Below, piece after piece: positions 41,770 through 55,890 of a stretch of 64,000 nucleotides of DNA. Numbering within the stretch: the first letter of the stretch is position 1; the number at the start of each line of letters is the position of its first letter. The position numbers and the translations under genes are program-made. Location of the stretch: NCBI RefSeq assembly GCF_009914755.1, contig NC_060930.1, one strand, 5' to 3'. The stretch is from the human T2T-CHM13v2.0 reference genome, Homo sapiens. The notes under the pieces were generated by a model. It was not told the DNA's origin. It did no database searches and saw only the letters and a list, made by a program, of their open reading frames with translations.

Positions 41770-42810
41770 TTAGTCCCACTGGATATTTCGCTCCTCTTCA
41801 GGAAGAATACTCCAGTTTGGGGAGGCCATATCCCGGGCCAGCCAGTTAAAATCGTCAACATCGTTCCAGTTATTTTTGCTCCTATCTAAACCAGAGCTCT
41901 CGAAGTCCTTGTCGATCTCCGGGTAGCTCCAGGTGTAAGGGGCGAACTGGATCCCACTGCAGTCCTCCACGATGGCCCTGCTGGTCACCTGCAGGAAGAT
42001 GCGGGTGTCTTTCGTACTGTGTATGCGGAGCTGTTGGCAGGCCACTGCCAGCACGCAGTCACTGCAGTCCTCCAGGAAAACAGAGGTAGACACCGGACCG
42101 CAGAGCAGCTTGCAGCTGTGGGCCTTGGTTAGCCGCAGGGTGTTGGGATTTCCATACAGTCTGACCGTGCAGTTGCTCAGTTCGGTCAAAAGAACGTCGC
42201 GCTGGTGCAACTCGCTGGCTCTCTTCTCCAAGACTTGGGACTCCAGGTTGGAGAAACCGCAGACCCAGCTGGGGCCGAGGTCTCCTTCCGCCTTCTTGGG
42301 CAGCGGGGAGTCCTGTATGCTTTCAACTGCCGGGGGGATGCCAGGAGCCGCGTCTACTTTGGTAGACGAAGCAGCATCCTTTCCCCGGGTCTTGAAAGCG
42401 AAACGCTTCTTGGGCTGCAGCCCCCGGCGCCGCTCGGCCAAGGCCGCCTGCAGCCGCGCCAGCGCCTCTTGTCCCTGCCGCAGGTCGTAAGCGGCTAGGA
42501 AAAAAACTGAGTCGTTGATTAGTTTCTGCAGCCCCTGGAGCCGAGAGGCCGCCTCCTCCAGCCGCTCGACCGACTCCGCGCGCTCCAGAAGCTCTTCCAC
42601 GGCCGCTCGCTCCCGAGCAAAGGTGGCGACGAAAAAGTGGCTGTTCTCCTTCTCTACCTCCTGGTTCTGCCGCTTTTGTTTCCGCCTTTCAACTTCCAGC
42701 TGCCGTTCTTGTTCGCGTCTCTGAAGCCGCTCAGGCACCAGGCTCAGGTCCCGCTGGGACTCCATGTCTCCGGTCCTGACAGCAGCAGCGGAGCAACTGA
42801 CGGACTCCAT
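41770..42810 (-). CDS. TBCC: Tubulin-specific chaperone C (tubulin folding cofactor C), 346 aa, single exon
   Basis: MESVSCSAAAVRTGDMESQRDLSLVPERL...NWSILPEEERNIQWD*. N-terminal helical bundle and C-terminal RP2/CAP-like beta-helix with the CQQLRIH arginine-finger motif. ATG context AAT ATG G. Confidence 0.99.
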   Translation of the reverse strand: MESVSCSAAAVRTGDMESQRDLSLVPERLQRREQERQLEVERRKQKRQNQEVEKENSHFFVATFARERAAVEELLERAESVERLEEAASRLQGLQKLINDSVFFLAAYDLRQGQEALARLQAALAERRRGLQPKKRFAFKTRGKDAASSTKVDAAPGIPPAVESIQDSPLPKKAEGDLGPSWVCGFSNLESQVLEKRASELHQRDVLLTELSNCTVRLYGNPNTLRLTKAHSCKLLCGPVSTSVFLEDCSDCVLAVACQQLRIHSTKDTRIFLQVTSRAIVEDCSGIQFAPYTWSYPEIDKDFESSGLDRSKNNWNDVDDFNWLARDMASPNWSILPEEERNIQWD

Positions 42811-44440
42811 ATTGGCTTCAAGCTTCCTCTCTCTTGTCTTCCTTCCTCCGGGCGCGCTGTCCGTGAGGCCTCCCACCAACGCGTCCGGTGATTGGCCTAA
42901 CATGATGATGTCAGATCCCCGGCCTTATTTTCTTCGCCTATTGGTTCCTCTGCGTCGGAGGGGGCGGGGAGATGGGGCGGGGCCGACTGACTATGGGGGT
43001 GGGAAGACAAAGGTTCTTGTGGATGGGTGGGGTGGGAGGCAGGCGGGGGAATCTTTTTTTTCCTCTTAAAGGGGCAGGACTTATATCCGGGATTGTGGGG
43101 TGAGTTGCAGCAGCGGCAGCTGCACATGTGGGTTTGTTTATAAGAACAAGGTTAGAAACTCGCAGGCCTCCCCCTCCCCCCAGCTCCTCCCTACTACCCC
43201 CTTACAGGCCGGAGATCCGCTACTAGGGGTGTGGGTGGGAGGGATGAGTGCGTGTGGTGGGTTGGGGGGACAGGTAGTGGTGAGAAAGATGGAGCGGGGG
43301 GGAATATTGCACCGCCTGGCCCGCGCCGGAGGAAGCAGCAGCTGGAACAGCTGGCTGGGGAGCCGCTTGCATGCCTCCGGTTTTTTCTTTTCCCTTCCAC
43401 CACCCCTTCCCCCAACCCATTTCTGCCTCCCCGTAGCCCTCATCCTTACCGCCCCCCTCCCCCCTATCCACTGCAGTTCGGCGCGGCCTGGGGGCTCCTG
43501 GATCCCCGCAGGCAGTTACTAGGGCAGGAGAAGGCAAGGGGCACTGCGATGGGAGAGACTGGGTTCCTCACTGCAACCTGGTTCGAGGGGCCCTGGGGGA
43601 GTCCATAAAAGGATTACTATTTTTTTGGCCAATTGCTGCAGTCGGAGGGGTGGGGGCGGGGGAAGGTGAGATCCACACCCCCTTCCTCTTTCTTCCCTGC
43701 CCTCCCCGAGCTCGGTCCCGGCCACTCCCTCCGCAGCTGGGCGTCGCCGGCCGCGCTGGGGTGAGACCCTAGCCCCGGGCTCCGTGGCTCTCTGGGGCGG
43801 TCGGTCTTAGGAAAGCGGTGGGAGAAGCGGTACATTATTTCTAGGGGTGGTGGGAGGGATTTGTCACCGGAAGTGAATGGCCTAGCCTAAAGTCGGGACC
43901 AACCCGAGGTGTGGGTGGGCAGCCAAGACGGCGCAGTCACTGGCAAAAACCCGAGGCAGCGGGCAGGGCGAGAACCCGAGACGCAGCCGCTGCCCGGGCG
44001 CGGCAGCCTCGCATGCTTCGCTCAGATCTGCGGAGCTCCCGAACCTCTTTAACCCTGCCCGCCCTTCCAACCCTAGGTTTCCTCCTTATATCCCCAGTTC
44101 CCAGCCTCCATCGTTTAAATTGGGGTATTTAACGACCCAAGAAACTTGAAATTTCACCGATCTACCTGCATTTTGATGCAGAGAAAGATGGGAGGAAACG
44201 CGAACCATTGAATTAAATCTGAGTTAAAACTGATCTCCCATTTTCACGCCCCACTCTCTTCCTTTCCTTCCCACTTAAAACAAACAAAACACACATAAAT
44301 TGCTGGGCCAGAGTATTTCTCTGCTGAGAGCACAGTTCATACCGTGTGGCAGATTCCCCGCGCAGGCGGGGCGCGGGGGCAGGGGAGAGGCTTGTGTGTC
44401 CGCGTGCCTGCGTGCACCCGATGGAAAAGGGGGTGCCGAA
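41900..44440. promoter_or_regulatory. CpG island / bidirectional promoter (TBCC on minus, BICRAL on plus)
   Basis: Dense CpG throughout. CCAAT boxes (ATTGG at ~42891 and ~42940), GC boxes GGGGCGGGG at ~42961 and ~42974, ETS motif ACCGGAAGTG at 43866-43875. Confidence 0.88.
43690..43760 (+). other. BICRAL: Probable non-coding first exon of BICRAL (GLTSCR1L); the rest of the window is then intronic
   Basis: GC-rich segment ending at donor GGG|GTGAGA (GT 43761-43762), with an alternative donor AAG|GTGAGA at 43666. Gene identity comes from recalled synteny only; no BICRAL coding sequence is visible. Confidence 0.5.
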
Positions 44441-46007
44441 AAACAATGGTGCTTACTCTTGTGCATAGTCATCGTTTTCACTAGTCTTGTTTTATGGGCA
44501 GATTAGGTGAGGCTTCTGTTTTTGCTTTTTTGTTTTATTTTGTTTTTTTTTTTTTTTTTGAGACGGAGTTATGCTGTTGTTGCCCAGGCTGGAGTGCAAT
44601 GGCGCGATCTCGGCTCACCGCTATCCGCCTCCCGAGTTCAAGTGATTCTCCTGCCTCAGCCTCCCGAGTAGCTGGGACTACAGGCATGCGCCACCATGTC
44701 CGGCTAATTTTGTATTTTTAGTAGAGACGGGGTTTCTCCATGTTGGTCAGGCTCGTCTCGAACTCCCGACCTCAGGTGATGCGCCCGCCTCGGCCTCCCA
44801 TAGTGCCGGGATTACAGGCATGAGCCACTGTGCCTGGCCCTTTTTTTTTTTTTTTTTTTTTTTCCAGAAAAGCAGGTTTATTTCACAAAACTGTGGGTCT
44901 GAAAGCTGGTGGACAAGAAAGCTAGTTATATTGTCCAAGTCGTGGAGGAATTGCAATAGCTGCTTTATTTTATGAAATGTTGATTTAAGCAAAGAAGCTT
45001 TAGAGAAGATTTATTTTTCTAGAAAAAAACAACCTGACCTTTTAAGTTTTTCAGGTTGAACCTGTCTCACTCAAATTAAGAACGTTTGTAGCTAAAGAAG
45101 GTTTATTGGACTTGGAGGTTGCAGCTGGAGTGAGATAACATTTCGGTATTAGGCATAGTGAATCTATGGGTGTTGTAAGTGTTGGCTGTATCCCAAGTGG
45201 AATTGAATGTTATTAAACCCTTTCAAGAACTTCATTTCTGTCTACCAACAGGTTTTTGCTACAATCCAGTAGACTTGGGAAGTTTCTAAATACTTGAAGT
45301 TGGTTAGTTCGAACTTTCAAGAAAAGGAAACAGTTAAAAACAGAGCTTGACAGGTCACCCAGGTGACCCGGTGTGTTAGGGGCAGTTTCAAAGACTGATG
45401 TGAGGAGTAGTGGAAAGGGGTCAGTGAGTGATACGGTCATTGTGAAGCATTGGCTGGACAGTTCTTTACAGCCCCCCTGCACAGCTGCAGGCTGTGAGGT
45501 ATGTGGTCAAGAAATGGAGATAAAGCTGTTTCTGAGTTCAAACACAGTAGGAAGGCTGCGAAATGGCTGGCATTGCCCGGCTGTGTTTGCATCCTCTCTC
45601 TGCCATTTGAGGGCAGTGGATTCAGCATGCATCTTTGAAATATATCCCAGCTTGTCAGAGGTAAGTGCCTGTTTTGATGGAAGGAGAGTGGGGAATGCAT
45701 TACGGGGGAAATGTAGCAAAAGGCAAGCAGCTCTGAGTTCTGCATCCTACTTTCAATGATATCTCAAAGGGCTTGTGAATCAAGGTACTGCTCTCTTGTA
45801 GACATCTTGAAAAATGAAAGAATTCTAACGTATTATGGACTTTACCGTTTATTTAACAACAGTTTAGATACTTTATGGTTCTATTTGTTAGATCCCCCTT
45901 TTAACTTTTTGAAAATTTCCAACATATATAACATGGAGAGGGTATTAGAATAGTGTTCCAAGGACTCACATACCCATCACCCAGCTTCAACAACTGCCAA
46001 CTGATGT

Positions 46008-46432
46008 TAAGTAAATAAGCCAGGAACAGAAAGAAAAATATCACATGTTCTCACTCGTATGTGGGAACTGAAAAAGTTGATCATATGGAGTTGGAGTGTA
46101 GAATGATAGTTACCAGAGGCTGGGAAGTGGAGGGAGATGAAGTGAGATTGGTTAAAGGGCACAAAGGCACAAGTTAGATAGAGGGAATAAGTTCTAGTGT
46201 CAGATAGCACAGTAGCCTAATTCGAGTTAACAATAATGTATTGTACATTTCAAAATAGCTAGAAGAAAGGATTTGAAATGTTCCCAACACAAAGAAGTGA
46301 TAAATGTTTGAAGTAATAGATATCCCAATTATTCTAATTTGACCACTACATATTATATGCATGTATCAAAATATCACATGTACCTCATAAATATGTACAA
46401 TTATTATATATCAATAAAAATAATAATAACTT
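46008..46432 (+). mobile_element. L1MA-type 3' end
   Basis: AAATAAGCCAGG...ATGTTCTCACTC...TTTCAAAATAGCTAGAAG...ATCAATAAAAA tail. Confidence 0.8.
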
Positions 46433-46617
46433 TTTAAAAAACAGTTACCAACTGAGAATCTTGTTTCCTGTAAAGCCCTAGTCACTTCCCCACCTCTCAC
46501 CCTGATTATTTTTTGGCCCATCCCTTATATTATATTATTTCATATTTTATTGTCTATAAATATTTCACTATATACCTCTAAAAGATTGGGAGTTCCTTTT
46601 TTTTTTTTTTGAGATAG

Positions 46618-46806
<189 letters not shown>

Positions 46807-47301
46807 TGACCAGGCTGGTCTCGAACTCCTGACCTCATGTTCTGCCCACCTCTGCCTCCCAAGGTTCTGGGATTACAGGTGTGAGCCACCGTGCCTGGGC
46901 CCTTTTTTTTTAAATTGAGACAGGGTCTCACTCTGTCACCTAGGCTAAAGTGCAGTGGTGCAATCACAGCTTACTGTAGTCTTGACCTCCCAGGCTGAAG
47001 TGATCCTTCCACCTTAGCCTCCTGAGTAGCTGGCACTACAGGTGTGCACCACCACTCCCAGCTAAATTTGGTATTTTTTTTTTGCAAAGACAGGGTTTTG
47101 CTGTGTTGTCCAGGCTGGTCTTAAACTCTTGGGCTCAAGTGATCTGCCCACCTCGGCCCCTGGAAGTGCTGGGACTACAGGTGTGAGCCCCCACGCCTGG
47201 CCACTTCCCTTTTAAGACAGCCACATTGCCGTCACCACACTCCAAAAAAGCATAGAAAATATTTTCTCAATAGCAGATTGCCAGTCTATATTCACATCTG
47301 A

Positions 47302-47442
<141 letters not shown>

Positions 47443-47613
47443 TAGCTGGGATTACAGGTGCCCACCACCATGCCTGGCTAATTTTTTGTATTTTTAGTAC
47501 AGATGGGGTTTCACCATGTTGGGCCAGGCTGGTCTTGAACTCCTGACCTGAGATGATCCGCCTGCCTCAGCCTCCCAAAGTGCTGGGATTACAGGCGTGA
47601 GCCACCGCGCCCG

Positions 47614-47616
<3 letters not shown>

Positions 47617-47648
<32 letters not shown>

Positions 47649-47800
47649 CTTTAAGTTCTGGGATGCATGTGCAGAATGTGCAGTTTTGTTACATCGGTAT
47701 ACATGTGCCATGGTGGTTTGCTGCACCTATCAACCTGTTATCTAGGTTTTAAGCCCCGTATGCATTAGGTATTTGTCCTAATGCTCCCCCTCCCCTTGCC
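47617..47800 (-). mobile_element. Short 5'-truncated L1PA 3' end abutting an antisense Alu
   Basis: Poly-T followed by ATACTTTAAGTTCTGGG...GTGCCATGGTGGTTTGCTGCACC. Confidence 0.85.
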
Positions 47801-47892
47801 CAGTTTCCTTTTTTTAAAGTTATTTTATTTGAATAAGGATCCAAACAAGTTCCATACACTGCATTTAGTTATTGTGTCCCTTAAATCACTTT

Positions 47893-48016
47893 TTTTTTTT
47901 TTTAGTTAGACAAACAGCTTTATTTGAAAGATGTGGTCAGCCAAGTCCCCCTCCAACCCCAAGGTCCTGGCAGCATTGGCCTCAGGCGTGGGAGGACCCG
48001 TGTCCTGGGTGGAGAG
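47893..48016 (-). pseudogene. Short 3'-end processed retrocopy of an unidentified mRNA
   Basis: 14-bp TSD CCTTAAATCACTTT (47879-47892, 48017-48030), poly(A) remnant (T-run to 47903) and AATAAA on the minus strand at 47924-47919. The body is GC-rich and non-Alu. Confidence 0.8.
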
Positions 48017-48367
48017 CCTTAAATCACTTTCACTGTGTGGGTTCCTTTTTCTCTAAATTGTTTTGTTGAAGCAGCTTGGTCATTTGTTCAGTAGAGTTTC
48101 CCACAGTCTGCATTTTGCTGGTTGCATCTCTATACAGTATTTGTTAAATTTTAAACGTCTGTTGTATTTATTTGATCTTTTAATGTTACAAAGGGAATCT
48201 CATGATTGTAGTTACATGCCTCAAGAAGTAAGTAGTGAAAGCATTTAAGCAAAGGAAAACAGTCTTTAGGTATGGTAAACAATAAAGGAATAGGCCCTTC
48301 GGTGTTCTCTGGAGTTTGTCAGGGACCCTGCACTGGTGGAAGATACCAGCCACACCCAGGCAAATAA

Positions 48368-48706
<339 letters not shown>

Positions 48707-49168
48707 TAGTAGTTTGATGCCAGAAAGAAGCATCACCTATTCATCTTTCAGCAAGTCTTGACTATATATGGGATGTAAAGCATTCATTAAAGAGCTGTGC
48801 ACATCAAAATTATCAAATGTTAGGCAAATCTTCCTACCTTGGCTACTTTCTGGCAGGAAGACAGTGAAAGGTGACAGTTGTGCAGGCAGGTCCTGTTGTT
48901 GGGAAGCAGGACAGGAGCAGCCTTTTCCTTCTGCCTTTGCCCCTGGCGCTCTCCTCTGCCTCAACGCCCTTGACCTTCTGAAACTTTTTTCATCATTGTA
49001 CACTTAACGTCTAGCACATAGGCTGGCACGTGTTTATTTATCTAAACATCTGTTTATTAAGCACTAACTGTGCCCAGCACTGAGCCAGGGAGGCCCTAAG
49101 ACTGCCAAGGTGGATAAAAACAGACATCGTCCCTGTCCTCCTTAAGAAGGCCTAATTTGGGCAAATAG

Positions 49169-49360
<192 letters not shown>

Positions 49361-49368
49361 TAGATTGA

Positions 49369-49566
<198 letters not shown>

Positions 49567-49623
49567 TGACCTTAGGTGATCCACCTGCCTCTGCTTCCCA
49601 AAGGGCTGGGATTACAGGTGTGA

Positions 49624-50210
<587 letters not shown>

Positions 50211-50603
50211 TGAGTAGGAATTAACAAGAGAGAAGACATAAAGCACGTAAGGGTCCTGGAAAAGCTGGAGGAAATGGTACTTAAAACACAGGTGCAAGGA
50301 GTAGTTATAGATAGGAGGAGGGACATCCTCTCTATTGCACTGTTGTTTGAACTTGTTTGTTTTTTTTCAGACAGGGTCTCACTCTGTCACCAAGGCTGGA
50401 GTGCGGTGGCACGACCTTGGCTCAGTGCAACCCCCGCCTCCTGGGTTCAAGTGATTCTCCTTCCTCAGCCTCCTGAGTAGCTGGGATTACAGGTGTGCGC
50501 CACCACACCCAGCTAATTTTTGTATTTTTAGTAGAGATGGGGTTTCACCATGTTGGCCAGGCTGGTCTTGAACTCCTGACCTTAGGTGATCTGCCCGCCT
50601 CAG

Positions 50604-50869
50604 CTTCCCAAAGTGCTGGGATTACAGGCACGAGCCCCTACACTTCATGAGAAGGCATGAGCACTTCCCAAAGTGCTGGGATTACAGGCATGAGCCACTA
50701 CACTTCATGGGAAGGCATGAGCACTTCCCAAAGTGCTGGGATTACAGGCATGAGCCACTACACTTCATGGGAAGGCATGAGCACTTCCCAAAGTGCTGGG
50801 ATTACAGGCATGAGCCACTACACTTCATGGGAAGGCATGAGCACTTCCCAAAGTGCTGGGATTACAGGC
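50604..50869. repeat. 60-bp tandem repeat, ~4.4 copies, built from the Alu 5' end plus flank
   Basis: Unit CTTCCCAAAGTGCTGGGATTACAGGCATGAGCCACTACACTTCATGGGAAGGCATGAGCA; the internal copies are identical. Confidence 0.97.
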
Positions 50870-50901
50870 CGTGTTTGAAGTTTTTAATGAGAATTTGCTA
50901 A

Positions 50902-51090
<189 letters not shown>

Positions 51091-52288
51091 TAGTAGAGAC
51101 GGGGTTTCACTGTGTTAGTCAGGATGGTCTGGATCTCCTGACCTTGTGATCCGCCCATCTCGGCCTCCCAAAGTGCTGGGATTACAGGTGTGAGCCACCG
51201 TGCCATACATAGACTTTTTGACGTCAACTCATAGTAACAGATGTGTCATAATTGAAACAGATGTTTTAAGAAACAATAAATACTCTTACTATGTGCAGTG
51301 GACCCTATTTTCTATTCTATTTATTGCATTTAAAATGTGCTGATCAAGGCTGGGCATGGCAGTTCATGCCTGTAATGCCAGCACTTTGGAAGGCTGGGGC
51401 AAAAGGATTGCTTGAGGCTAAGAGTTTGAGACCAGCCTGGGCAACATAGTGAGACCCTGTCTCTACAAAAAAATGTTTTAAAAAATTGTCTGGGCATGGT
51501 GGCATGCACCTATAGTTGCAGCTATTCAGGAGGCTGAGGTAGGAAGCTCGCTTGATCCCAGGAGTTGGGGCTGCAGTGAGCCATGATCGTGCCACTGCAC
51601 TTCAGCCTGGGCAACAAAACGAGACCCTGTCTCTAAACAAAAGCAAAAACAGCTGATCAAGACCTCCCTAAGTTAAACTGCAATTTTAAAATGCCGCATC
51701 AGCATTTCTTTATAGAAAAGGAAAAGGGGAGTACAGGTGCAGGAAAATGTATGGTAGTTGGTAGATGACTCTGATAGTTTCTGCGTCCTCTATAAAGCAG
51801 ACAGTGAGGTCTCATGCTGAGTATGAGGAGAAAAGGGTGGAGGTAGGGGGTCTGGAAAGTGTGCAGAAGGTTTGAAAACCCTGGGGGAATAGGGAGAGTG
51901 TTGTCCAGAGAAATGGGGCTGGGTATGGTGTGGATGTTGAGCAAATACTTGGAGAATGAAGTTGGGAATGAATGAGAGCTTCCCAGGTGGGGCAATCTAA
52001 GCAGGAGACCAGCTCAAGAGAAGACAATGGGATTTGGGGCAGGTCAGAGGGGAAAAGCTCATGTGAAGAGCCTACTCCTCAGGAGCTGGGGTATCCCTGG
52101 AAGGTGGTGTCTCTGAAGAGTCTGGGCTTGACTCCTGCAGCCCCTCATGCATTTCCTATAAAACTCTTTAGAAGTGAACACCATTCTCCCCAAGACCCTC
52201 ACTGCCTGTCAGCAGATGACCTTACCTACTCTTCACAGAAAAGAGGTGGCCAGATAGGACCTCCACATGCCTCCCCTCTCACTTCTAA

Positions 52289-52630
<342 letters not shown>

Positions 52631-53609
52631 TGAACTCCTGAGCTCAGGCAATCCACCCATCTCGGCCTCCCAAAGTGTTAGGATTACAGGCGTGAGCCAC
52701 CGCGCCCGGCCCAGTCACCTCTTTCTTCAGGATTTTTAATCTCTCTTTTCTTTGGCATCTCCTCTCAGCAAGCAAGTTTCCTCAACTTAAAACAATTTAC
52801 CTTTTGTCTTATCATCCACCCAAGTGATGTTCTAACTTTCTTCCCCTAACAATAGACTTTTAAAACAATAGTCTACATTTGCTGTGTCCAGTTTCTCAAT
52901 CGTCATTCCCTCCTTAGCCACTTATCCGACTTCTGCCCCTGCCATTGTATTTGAAACGGAAATTGCCCTATTCCCATTCCTTCCTAATTTTCAAATGCAT
53001 CGCTCTTTGTAGCCCTAAGTATTTGATTACCCCTTCTTCTCACAGCAGGAATTTATCTCCCTGGTTCTTTCTTGGTTCTTTATTCATCCCTGATAAACTT
53101 CTCTGTGTCCATCCCTTAAATATAAGTGAGGCCAGAATTCTATTTCTTTTCTTGTTCCTCTCACCTCCTTTGGCAAGCTTACCTTCTCCCAGGGTGCCAA
53201 GTCCTGTTCATGTGCTGATTGACTCTCAGATCCCCAGCTCCTCCCTCTGCCTCTCTCTTGAGCCCAGACCTGATCTTCCAACTGCTTTCTAGATGTTTCC
53301 ATGTAACTATCTACTATCCCAAACACCTCATGTTTAGGATGGCCCAAAATGAGGTTCTTATTGCCCCAGAGATCTTTTTTTTTTTCTATACGTAAGTCTG
53401 AGTTACTGATTGTTGGGTAACAACTCACCCCAAAACTTACTGCTTACTGGCTTACACAGCAATAATTTCTCACAATTCTGTGGGTTCAACTGGTACTGGA
53501 GCCTCCAAGATGGCTTCACTCACACATCTGGGGCCTTGGTGCTGGCTGTGGGCTGGGGCACCTGGCTTTTTCTCCCCATGTGCACATGCTTGCGCTGTCT
53601 CTCGCTTGG

Positions 53610-53690
53610 CTCTCGCGCGCGCGCTCTCTCTCTCTTTCTCTCTCTCTCTCTCCCTCTCCCCCCCCCCCACCCTCCCTCTCTCCCTCTCTC
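53610..53690. repeat. (CG)n/(CT)n/poly-C compound microsatellite inside an old MaLR-like LTR (~53390-53965)
   Basis: TCTCGCGCGCGCGCTCTCTCTC...CCCCCCCCCC. Confidence 0.8.
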
Positions 53691-53959
53691 TTTGAGCTCT
53701 TGTTATTCAGTAGTGGAGTTCAAGCTTCTTTTCACAGTGGCTGGCTTCCAAGGGGGCAAAAGCAGATGCCACCAGGCCTCCTGTGGCTTTGGCTGGAATT
53801 GGTACAGTGACACTTCTATTGCATTCATATGGTCAGAGTATATCACAAAGCCAGCCCAGATTCAAGGGAAGGAGAAATGGACTGCTTTTTTTGATGGATG
53901 GAGCAAGAGTCACTTAGAGGGATGGAAAGAACTGTTGGCAGCCATCTTTGTGCAGATAA

Positions 53960-54115
<156 letters not shown>

Positions 54116-55726
54116 TGAGTAGCTGAGACTATAGGCGCCTGCCACAACGCCCCAGCTAATTTTTTGTATTTTTACTAGAGACGGGGTTTCACCCTGTTAG
54201 CCAGGATGGTCTCGATCTCCTGACTTCGTGATCCACCTGCCTCGGCCTCCCATAGTGCTGGGATTACAGGCTCTGGCCACCATGCCCGGCTAATTTTTGT
54301 ATTTTTAGTAGAGATGGGGTTTTGCCATGTTGGCCAGAAAGATCTCGAACTCCTGGCCTCAAGTGATCTGTCTGCCTCGGCCTCCCAAATTGCTGGGATT
54401 ACAGGCATGAGCCACCGCGCCCAGCCTGTTAACTCTTATGTGGCATTTGCTACGTGCCAGGAAATGGCTATTTACATGTTTTACCTCATTGAATCTTCAC
54501 AACATCCCTGTGATGTACATACTACTATTATTCTCATTTAACAGATGAAGAACTGAAGTGAAGCTGACTTCCCCAGGCCTGAGAGCTAGCTAAGTCGTAG
54601 AGTTAAGATTTGTACGTGGTCTTAGCCAAAAGGCCAAGAAGCAACTAGAGCTAAGATTTGAATGGAGGCAGTCTGGCTCCTGAGTTCAGGCTTCTGACAC
54701 TGCCTGTGTAATCATGAGACTACATCTGACCATGCTCATGACACCAAATCCATAGTCTTCCAAACGGGGGATCAGAGCCAACCACAGCACCTCCTTCTCT
54801 CTCACTGGTCCACCCAGTTGACAAATACTGTTAATGCTCTCTGATCTCTCTCTCTGTCTCTCTGGCCTGGCTCCCTCTCTTCAGGTTTGGCTCCTTCCTC
54901 ATCTTCTTCTCCCTGGGCTATTGTTACAGTTTCCCATCTGGTCTCGTTACCCTTGGGCTTCCCTGAATCCCCCAGTTCTCTATACCGTAGCCAGTTATTG
55001 CCCTAAAATGCAAGCCGATTGTGTCACTTAAAACCTCTGCTGGCTCTCTATTGTCTCATACAGTTCAGACTCCTTAGTGTGAATGCTGGGCCTCTTGCAT
55101 CTGGCCCGCGGTGTACCTCACCAGCCTCATGTCCCACCAGCGCCCTACTCCAGCCACACCAAGGTCTGCTGTCACCCAGCACACTGTGTCTGTTCACTTC
55201 CATGTATTCGTGCTGCACTTTTTAAGGCACTTTGCCAGATGGTGCAGGTGTATTGGTGAACACACAGACTGGGCTCCCTCAGAGCTCAGAAGCTAAGTAA
55301 GAGATACAGATAATTACAGTGTGGTACGATTTACACTACAATGGAAATCTCGAGTGCTGAAATTATACAGAGTAACCTATCTCAGACCAGGAGAATCAGG
55401 ACTATCTTTTGGGAAATATAAGCTGGGTCCTTATGATGGAGTCGGGGGGTCCAAAAAAAAAAAAAAAAAGAAAAAAGAATTGAGTGGCATCTATCCAGGT
55501 GAAGGGTGAAAGCAGAGTCACATATTCATTCTTTCTTTCTGCAGGTATTTATGGAGTACCCACTATGTTCTAGGCACTTTTCTAGGTGTTGGGACTACAG
55601 CAGTGAACGAGAGAGACCAAAAAGTCTCTGCCTTCTGGCCAGGAGGCTAGGAGAGCTCCAGTGCTTCCAGCAACAGACAGGTCATGTGCAACAAACCTGG
55701 ACATGAGACAGAGACGTGTCAGGCTA

Positions 55727-55890
55727 AAGCAATGTTCTCAACCCTAGCTGCTCATTGATATCTCGTGGAGGCTTTACAGCATCCTAATGCCCCTTGAGTA
55801 AATCTGAATCTCTGGGAGTGGGGCCTTGGCATCAGTATTTCTTAAAGCTCCCCAGGTGGTTCTCATGGGCAACCAGGGTTATAAGTCACT
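55727..55890. mobile_element. MER5-type DNA transposon remnant
   Basis: CAATGTTCTCAACCCT...GAATCTCTGGGAGTGGGGCC...GGCATCAGTATTT...AAAGCTCCCCAGGTG...CCAGGGTT. Confidence 0.7.

Noticed and set aside
41972-42891. Plus-strand ORFs overlapping TBCC
   Set aside because: Antisense shadow of a GC-rich coding sequence.
44841-44940. Possible second 3'-end retrocopy (T-run followed by TTTATT at ~44877)
   Set aside because: No TSD found, and the T-run is explained by the adjacent Alu insertion site.
50604-50901. CRISPR-like array or repeat-protein gene
   Set aside because: The units are contiguous and identical with no unique spacers. They are Alu-derived, in human DNA with no cas genes.
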